From Bacteroidia bacterium (GTDB lineage: Bacteria; Bacteroidota; Bacteroidia; Palsa-965): DNA of 64,000 bases. Both the position numbers and the translations under genes were made by a program. Of this stretch, positions 59,092 through 64,000 are shown piece by piece; position 1 is the first letter of the stretch; each line of letters opens with the position of its first letter. The stretch covers positions 14,623 through 78,622 of the forward strand of contig JBIOHC010000002.1 of the NCBI GenBank assembly GCA_044448685.1, written 5' to 3'. The notes under the pieces are model-generated. The model was given only the letters and a program-made list of their open reading frames with translations. It was not told where the DNA came from and made no database searches.

Positions 59092-60102
59092 TCAGGAAAA
59101 AAGTTCCCGGAGTTTAGTAATCTGTTCGGATGTGCCCAGCACGAAAAGCTTGGCATCATGAATCATTTGAGTATCTGGAGAAGGGTTGATCACATAGTCT
59201 CCTTTGGCTGTTTTAAACCCTACAATATTGGCACCCGACTTATTCCTTACTTCAAGATCACGAATTGTTTTGTTTTTGTAAGAAGCACTCAGATTCTCGA
59301 AGGTTATTTCTTCCAGTTTGATATGTTCCCCTCCCTGTCCTGTAATATAATCCAGGAACTCCATCACATCGGGTTTCATGACCAGTGAAGCCATATGAGC
59401 CCCCCCTATTTTATCGGGCATGATAACATTATCGGCACCTGCGGCTTTCAGCTTCCTGTCAGAGTTATCATCAGAAGCCCTGGAAATGATCGTGAGTTTG
59501 GGGTTCAGCGTTCGGGCAGAAAGCACGATAAAGAGATTGTCTGCATCCAAAGGCAGTGTGGTGATCAGGGCTTTTGCCTTCATTACCCCGGCTCTGAGCA
59601 ACACCTCATCCTGGGTAGCATTTCCAACCAGGATCAGTTCCTTATAGCGGTCGCTCATTGCATCCACTACATGCTGCTTTTCTTCCACCACCACAAAACG
59701 CTGGTGATGGTTTTTAAGCACATGAGCTGCTTCCTTCCCGTTACGGCCATAGCCGCACAGGATGACATGATTTTCGAGTTTTTCTATTGATGCGTACAAG
59801 CGAAGGTCATTAAGGTATTTACGGAATTCACCGTCAGATAATGTACGGGTGATGGTAAAAACAGCATTGGCAAATGTACCAAAACTGCCGATAATCAGAA
59901 AAGTTGTGAAGAGGCGACCGGAATCACTCAGATGATGTATTTCTCCGAATCCGACGGTACTGATCGTAATCATTGTCATGTAAAAGGAATCGAAGAAATT
60001 CCAGTGCTCTATGCTCATATAACCTGCAATACCCACAACAATAATGAGGATAATGAGGCCTAAGGAAAAGTATATTTTACGGAAACCGGAGAACTTGAAC
60101 AT
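59092..60102 (-). CDS. Two-TM potassium channel with a cytoplasmic RCK (TrkA-N/TrkA-C) domain (MthK-like)
   Basis: The selectivity-filter-like 'TISTVGFGE' motif lies between two TM helices, followed by the Rossmann 'VILCGYGRNGK' of RCK/TrkA-N and a TrkA-C domain. Confidence 0.75.
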   Translation of the reverse strand: MFKFSGFRKIYFSLGLIILIIVVGIAGYMSIEHWNFFDSFYMTMITISTVGFGEIHHLSDSGRLFTTFLIIGSFGTFANAVFTITRTLSDGEFRKYLNDLRLYASIEKLENHVILCGYGRNGKEAAHVLKNHHQRFVVVEEKQHVVDAMSDRYKELILVGNATQDEVLLRAGVMKAKALITTLPLDADNLFIVLSARTLNPKLTIISRASDDNSDRKLKAAGADNVIMPDKIGGAHMASLVMKPDVMEFLDYITGQGGEHIKLEEITFENLSASYKNKTIRDLEVRNKSGANIVGFKTAKGDYVINPSPDTQMIHDAKLFVLGTSEQITKLRELFS

Positions 60103-60332
60103 TACAATTCCCAGATGCTACGACGACGTGATTTGGAAGGCTTAAAGTATTCCTTATGCTCCAGGATAAAGGCCATGATGAAATACATGATGATAGGAGA
60201 GCCGAAGGTAAAAAAGGACAGATACACAAAATACATACGTATACGCGTAGCTTTGATACCAAGCTTATCGCCCCACCAGGCACATACACCGAATGCCTGT
60301 TGTTCAAACCAGTGTCTTATTGAATGTATCAT
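60102..60332 (-). CDS. PspC-domain mini-protein, translationally coupled upstream of the K+ channel
   Basis: 'FGVCAWWGDKLGIKATRIRMYFVYLSFFTFGSPIIMYFIMAFIL' fits the PspC domain pattern. Confidence 0.6.
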   Translation of the reverse strand: MIHSIRHWFEQQAFGVCAWWGDKLGIKATRIRMYFVYLSFFTFGSPIIMYFIMAFILEHKEYFKPSKSRRRSIWEL

Positions 60333-60353
60333 AGGCCGGATTTTGAAGTGAAA

Positions 60354-61628
60354 TTAAGCATTTTTCAGCAAACTCCGGCCTACTCCACAGTCTAAACATT
60401 TACGGATTGCACAATATTTTGTTTTAAGCTCAAGTAAGGCCTGAGCTCTACCTGCATCCCTCACTTTCAGTCCAAGTTTTTTCCATTCCCTTATAATGGA
60501 ATTATGTTCCGCCGGAAGTCCGGAAAGGTATTTCAAAGCCCGTTCCGAAAGTTCTTCCATCCCTTTCTCTTTTCCATATACAAACAGAAAAGGACTGACT
60601 GTATTGACCAGCATATTCTCAATAGATCCTTCGCCCAGCTGCTTTTCTCCTGGCTCTGTCTTCTTTGAAAAATGGTAATGATCCTTCCAATAGGAAGAAG
60701 GGTGTGCATGCAACCCTTTTTTTAAGGCCTCAAGTTCTGTCACTTCCATAATTTTTGAAAAAAGATGTTCTGTGTCATGCAGCAGACTTGCAAACTGAGC
60801 AATACGAAGGGTAGGGAAATTGGCCGGGCGCATACGCAGGAATTTCCAGATACGTTTATCCAGGTTTTTGAGTTTGTGCTTATGAGCCAGGAACTGGTAC
60901 TCAGCCTGGAGCCGCTGAGGATAGCTTTCTTCAAAATAATCATCGAGCATACCGGCCTGTCCGAAAAAGAGGGCTTCAAGCTGGAACAGATTATCCCGGT
61001 ATGAGCCCAGCATTGCAAAAGGTAAAGAGCGGGCCAGGAGCTCGAACGGAAGAGCATTGGTATGGAAACCGAAATTCCGGGCCAGGTAAATATAAAATGC
61101 CTCTTCCCAGTTATGACGGGCCTGTTTCCATATCTCCCTTATCTCCTCTGCCTTTCTTTCCATACGCGAAACAAGCAGTCGTTCCAGCCAGGCTTCAAGG
61201 ACAATGTTATTGACCGAGGCCATCTGATTTCCGCAGGGTATCCAGTCCTTGCTGGTATAGAGCTGGAAGTATTTATTGTACTGATCCTTATTAATCCTGC
61301 CTGAGAGTTCCAGCGTCAGTACCAATGCACCTGCAGCATCCCGTATTTGTTCATCAGCCTCGTATACCACATGCAGGATGATATTATCATACGCCTTATC
61401 CAGCTGATGGGCATGACGGTTCCAGTCCGATGCCTTAATATGAATCTCGACATTGCCAGCCCATAAAGTCTCGTCAATCCGGATCCTGGCGTTGAAAAAG
61501 TCCGGGCCAGAATCTCTGTTATGCGCACCGGGGTTCTGTACTTCCAGGCTTTCACCCGTCACAGCCTTCAGCTCCCGGAAATCATAATTCCGGAATTTCC
61601 ATATATAATGCAGGAATTCTTCTGTCAT
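60354..61628 (-). CDS. DUF2851-family protein
   Basis: The N-terminal block 'FLHYIWKF...NPGAHNRDSGPDFFNARIRIDETLWAGNVEIHIKASDWNRHAH' matches the conserved start of DUF2851 proteins of Bacteroidetes. Confidence 0.65.
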   Translation of the reverse strand: MTEEFLHYIWKFRNYDFRELKAVTGESLEVQNPGAHNRDSGPDFFNARIRIDETLWAGNVEIHIKASDWNRHAHQLDKAYDNIILHVVYEADEQIRDAAGALVLTLELSGRINKDQYNKYFQLYTSKDWIPCGNQMASVNNIVLEAWLERLLVSRMERKAEEIREIWKQARHNWEEAFYIYLARNFGFHTNALPFELLARSLPFAMLGSYRDNLFQLEALFFGQAGMLDDYFEESYPQRLQAEYQFLAHKHKLKNLDKRIWKFLRMRPANFPTLRIAQFASLLHDTEHLFSKIMEVTELEALKKGLHAHPSSYWKDHYHFSKKTEPGEKQLGEGSIENMLVNTVSPFLFVYGKEKGMEELSERALKYLSGLPAEHNSIIREWKKLGLKVRDAGRAQALLELKTKYCAIRKCLDCGVGRSLLKNA

Positions 61629-61810
61629 CTTATACTTTTTGGGGCATAGCGCCGTTATTCCATAAATCCCCCCTGCTAAGATATTTCACCCTTCCCCATC
61701 GCGCTTGACATGTTTGTTAATTTTTGGATCAATCTTGAGTCATTTTTATGTTTCGGGCGGCTGTGATTTTTTTGGATTGAAACCCAATACGTAATGGAAC
61801 GCGGATTTTT

Positions 61811-62257
61811 ATGATGGTCATGACTAAAAAATATTTCGTATCTCTACCTTTCATGAGTATGTTAAGAAAATTTATATTGATTATCAATTTTCTGTTTTTG
61901 GCAGGTTATTGCTATGCACAAAACACGATCAAAGTCAGGAAGAATGACAGCACCCTGATTCAACGGTTCTTCCCTGGTGGAGAAATGGTCTTCATGAATC
62001 TGCTGAGAAGGAATATACATTATCCTGCACTGGAATCAGACAGGGGCTCACAAGGCATTGTAATGCTTTCTTTTATGGTGACTGAGCAAGGCACTGTTTC
62101 GGGAATCAAGGTTGATCAGCGAGTGGATGGGTCATCTGCATTCGAAAAGGAAGCTATACGCTGTTTGTTATTGATTCCATGGGGGCAGGCATTGAGCAAG
62201 GGTATGCCAGCGAATGTAAAACAGTCAATCATTGTTAATTTTATCTCTAAGCAATAA
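61811..62257 (+). CDS. Secreted TonB C-terminal-domain-like protein (TonB-C only)
   Basis: A signal peptide or TM segment is followed by 'FPGGEMVFMNLLRRNIHYPALESDRGSQGIVMLSFMVTEQGTVSGIKV', the TonB-C fold pattern. Confidence 0.6.
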   Translation: MMVMTKKYFVSLPFMSMLRKFILIINFLFLAGYCYAQNTIKVRKNDSTLIQRFFPGGEMVFMNLLRRNIHYPALESDRGSQGIVMLSFMVTEQGTVSGIKVDQRVDGSSAFEKEAIRCLLLIPWGQALSKGMPANVKQSIIVNFISKQ

Positions 62258-62723
62258 ATCAACCCGAATTTCAATGCGCTCTTATTTACTTCTTTTCCTC
62301 TCATTAAGTTTGTGTTATATAACCCATGCTCAGGCTTCTGGTACGCTAAAAAAAACTCCGGACAACCGTACTGATCAAAAAAAAGCTATCGATACACTTG
62401 GGCTTACATGCGGATTTCCGGATCACATGCCGGAATTCCCAGGAGGGGAAGAAGCTCTATTTAAGCATATACATAGCAATGTGCTCTGGTCGCCATCGAG
62501 GAATGATTCGGTAATAAACGGAAAGGTAATTGTCTCTTTTGTGATTGGTAAGGATGGACAAATAAAGGATCCCCGAATTTTAAAGGCTGGAAAAGGCACA
62601 GAAGGTCTTCAAAAAGAAATAATTCGTGTTATTCTTGCAATGCCCCGATGGAACCCTGGCCGAATGAACGGTACACCTGTGGATATTATGTATTATCTTC
62701 CAGTAACGATTGAACTGAGGTAA
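62232..62723 (+). CDS. Secreted TonB C-terminal-domain-like protein, tandem paralog
   Basis: 'FPGGEEALFKHIHSNVLWSPSRNDSVINGKVIVSFVIGKDGQIKDPRILKAG...GTPVDIMYYLPVTIEL' is present. The true start is probably MRSYLLLF at 62275. Confidence 0.6.
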   Translation: MLILSLSNKSTRISMRSYLLLFLSLSLCYITHAQASGTLKKTPDNRTDQKKAIDTLGLTCGFPDHMPEFPGGEEALFKHIHSNVLWSPSRNDSVINGKVIVSFVIGKDGQIKDPRILKAGKGTEGLQKEIIRVILAMPRWNPGRMNGTPVDIMYYLPVTIELR

Positions 62724-62864
62724 TTGTGACTTTTGTTTGGCCCTTCGACCCGATAACTATCGGATTGTGGTGCAATCAATAAAAAGAAGGATTTAGACGA
62801 TGACTCCGATTAGCTTCTACCTTTCGCCTTAAGCTATTAACAGACAGTATAGGACGGGCAGGCT

Positions 62865-63179
62865 TTAGTGTTCCAGTGGTTCCCGGCTTGTGTGACGCAC
62901 ACTAAGTATTTTAACAATCCCGGTGGCACTTAACGCCCGGTATGAAACACGATAACTATATACGGTCAAGGCCCTGTATGTCCCATCATTGTTTATCTTT
63001 AATTTGTCCATTTGGTAAATCATAGGTGTTTTTTTCAAAGATTTTGTCCTGCCTAAAATGGCATGCTTTACAATGATGGGGGCTGTCAGGGATTCTTGCT
63101 CTAGTTGCTTACAAATGATATCTAACTGCTGGTATGCTTCCTTGTCCCAAACAACCTTATAGGTCTTTGGGCTTTTCAT
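62865..63179 (-). CDS. Type II toxin-antitoxin system toxin, RelE/ParE family
   Basis: It is 104 aa with the C-terminal 'GIVKILSVRHTSREP' pattern typical of ParE/RelE. It has a 4-nt overlap with the upstream antitoxin gene. Confidence 0.6.
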   Translation of the reverse strand: MKSPKTYKVVWDKEAYQQLDIICKQLEQESLTAPIIVKHAILGRTKSLKKTPMIYQMDKLKINNDGTYRALTVYSYRVSYRALSATGIVKILSVRHTSREPLEH

Positions 63180-63403
63180 TTTCGAAGCTTATTTTCAACC
63201 TCCTCCTGCGTATAATATTCACCTTTATCAATACGTTTTTCGGCAGCCATTAGCTCCTTATTGTATTGAGCTCTTGTTAAACGTTTTTCTTTTGGGTCAA
63301 CATTTAAAATATTTTTTATCATAGATAAAATAATCTCCTGCTGACGTACCGAAAGCATGGGTATATATACATTTAACTCTTTTTTTATTGCGGCAGTCTT
63401 CAT
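63176..63403 (-). CDS. Putative antitoxin of the RelE/ParE module
   Basis: A 75-aa acidic/basic protein whose C-terminal 'RIDKGEYYTQEEVENKL' resembles addiction-module antitoxin C-termini. It is positioned and coupled as an antitoxin. Confidence 0.5.
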   Translation of the reverse strand: MKTAAIKKELNVYIPMLSVRQQEIILSMIKNILNVDPKEKRLTRAQYNKELMAAEKRIDKGEYYTQEEVENKLRK

Positions 63404-63495
63404 GGTTTCAGATCTTCTTTATATATACAAAAATAAGCCTTTTTATATATTAACACAGGTCGCGGAACTCCCACCGGTTAATGCGGATATGAGCA

Positions 63496-64000
63496 TTATT
63501 TGCTCAGCAACTTCTTCATCACCCCCTGCAAAGCCTTCGCCTCCTCACCTGCTTTTTCCGCAAAATCTGCTCCTGAAGAAGCATAGAGAATACTCCGGGA
63601 GGCATTGACCAATAATCCGCATTGTTTGTTCATTCCGTACTTCGCCACTTCAGCCAGGCTTCCGCCCTGGGCTCCTACTCCGGGCACAAGCAAAAAATGA
63701 TCGGGAATGAGTTTACGGACATCTTTTAGCATTTCAGCACGTGTAGCACCTACAACATACATCATAGTATCGGCTGTGCCCCACTCTGCTGATTTGCGAA
63801 TCACTTCAGCAAACAGAGGCTGGTTGCCGGTAAGGAGGTTCTGAAAATCCAATGCACCATTGTTAGAAGTAAGTGCAAGCACTATCACCCATTTATTCTT
63901 ATACGTAAGAAAAGGTTTCACACTGTCTTCGCCCATATAAGGTGCTACGGTGATGGCGTCAAAATCCATCTTTTCCAGAAAAGCTTTGGCATACATTGCA
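63496..64000 (-). CDS. pyrF: Orotidine-5'-phosphate decarboxylase, type 2 (3' portion; the N-terminus lies beyond the window)
   Basis: '[19 protein letters not shown]' and '[10 protein letters not shown]' are present. The reading frame stays open to the window edge. Confidence 0.7.
   Translation of the reverse strand, partial: AMYAKAFLEKMDFDAITVAPYMGEDSVKPFLTYKNKWVIVLALTSNNGALDFQNLLTGNQPLFAEVIRKSAEWGTADTMMYVVGATRAEMLKDVRKLIPDHFLLVPGVGAQGGSLAEVAKYGMNKQCGLLVNASRSILYASSGADFAEKAGEEAKALQGVMKKLLSK

Overview
This is a chromosomal segment from a Bacteroidota-type genome (roughly 45% GC), densely packed with co-directional, overlapping genes, and I could not identify any complete novel multi-gene system in it. 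The candidates most worth a second look are a tandem array of four DUF1573 proteins split by a long palindrome of GATTTAW heptamer repeats, a small inverted-repeat-flanked cassette next to rpsU, and an unrecognised membrane protein downstream of an ECF sigma factor. The window contains: (i) a 5'-truncated YcaQ-like gene, an ECF sigma factor followed by an unusual small membrane protein with a Gly/Arg/Cys/His-rich tail, a GNAT acetyltransferase and a fused isobutyryl-CoA mutase of the IcmF type; (ii) valS and a downstream coupled unknown gene, followed by the four tandem DUF1573 genes and their palindrome; (iii) an aminotransferase, a NamZ/DUF1343 lipoprotein, a LolE-like permease, cystathionine beta-synthase coupled to an orphan BtuF-like binding protein, and a MacA-like adaptor, FtsX permease and TolC efflux set lacking an ATPase, followed by a PlpD-like patatin/beta-barrel protein; (iv) a complete Bacteroidetes-type arginine operon (GNAT-argG-argC-argD-argF'-argB-argE-argH) with a structured 360-bp leader; (v) the classical tRNA-tuf and secE-nusG-rplKAJL-rpoBC 'rif' region on the minus strand, with four tRNAs (Thr-Tyr-Gly-Thr) upstream of tuf and tRNA-Trp between tuf and secE, plus hpf, a XerC-like recombinase and rpsU; (vi) the orphan ORF and its inverted repeats with an adjacent GC-rich microsatellite; (vii) acyl-CoA dehydrogenase, apt, a ComEA-like protein, two tandem amino-acid permeases, an RmlD-like reductase, an RCK-type K+ channel coupled to a PspC mini-protein, DUF2851, two tandem secreted TonB-C paralogs, a RelE/ParE toxin-antitoxin pair and the 3' part of pyrF. 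No CRISPR array, rRNA or large mobile element is visible. All identifications rest on motif and family recognition from the translated ORFs, since no database search was possible.
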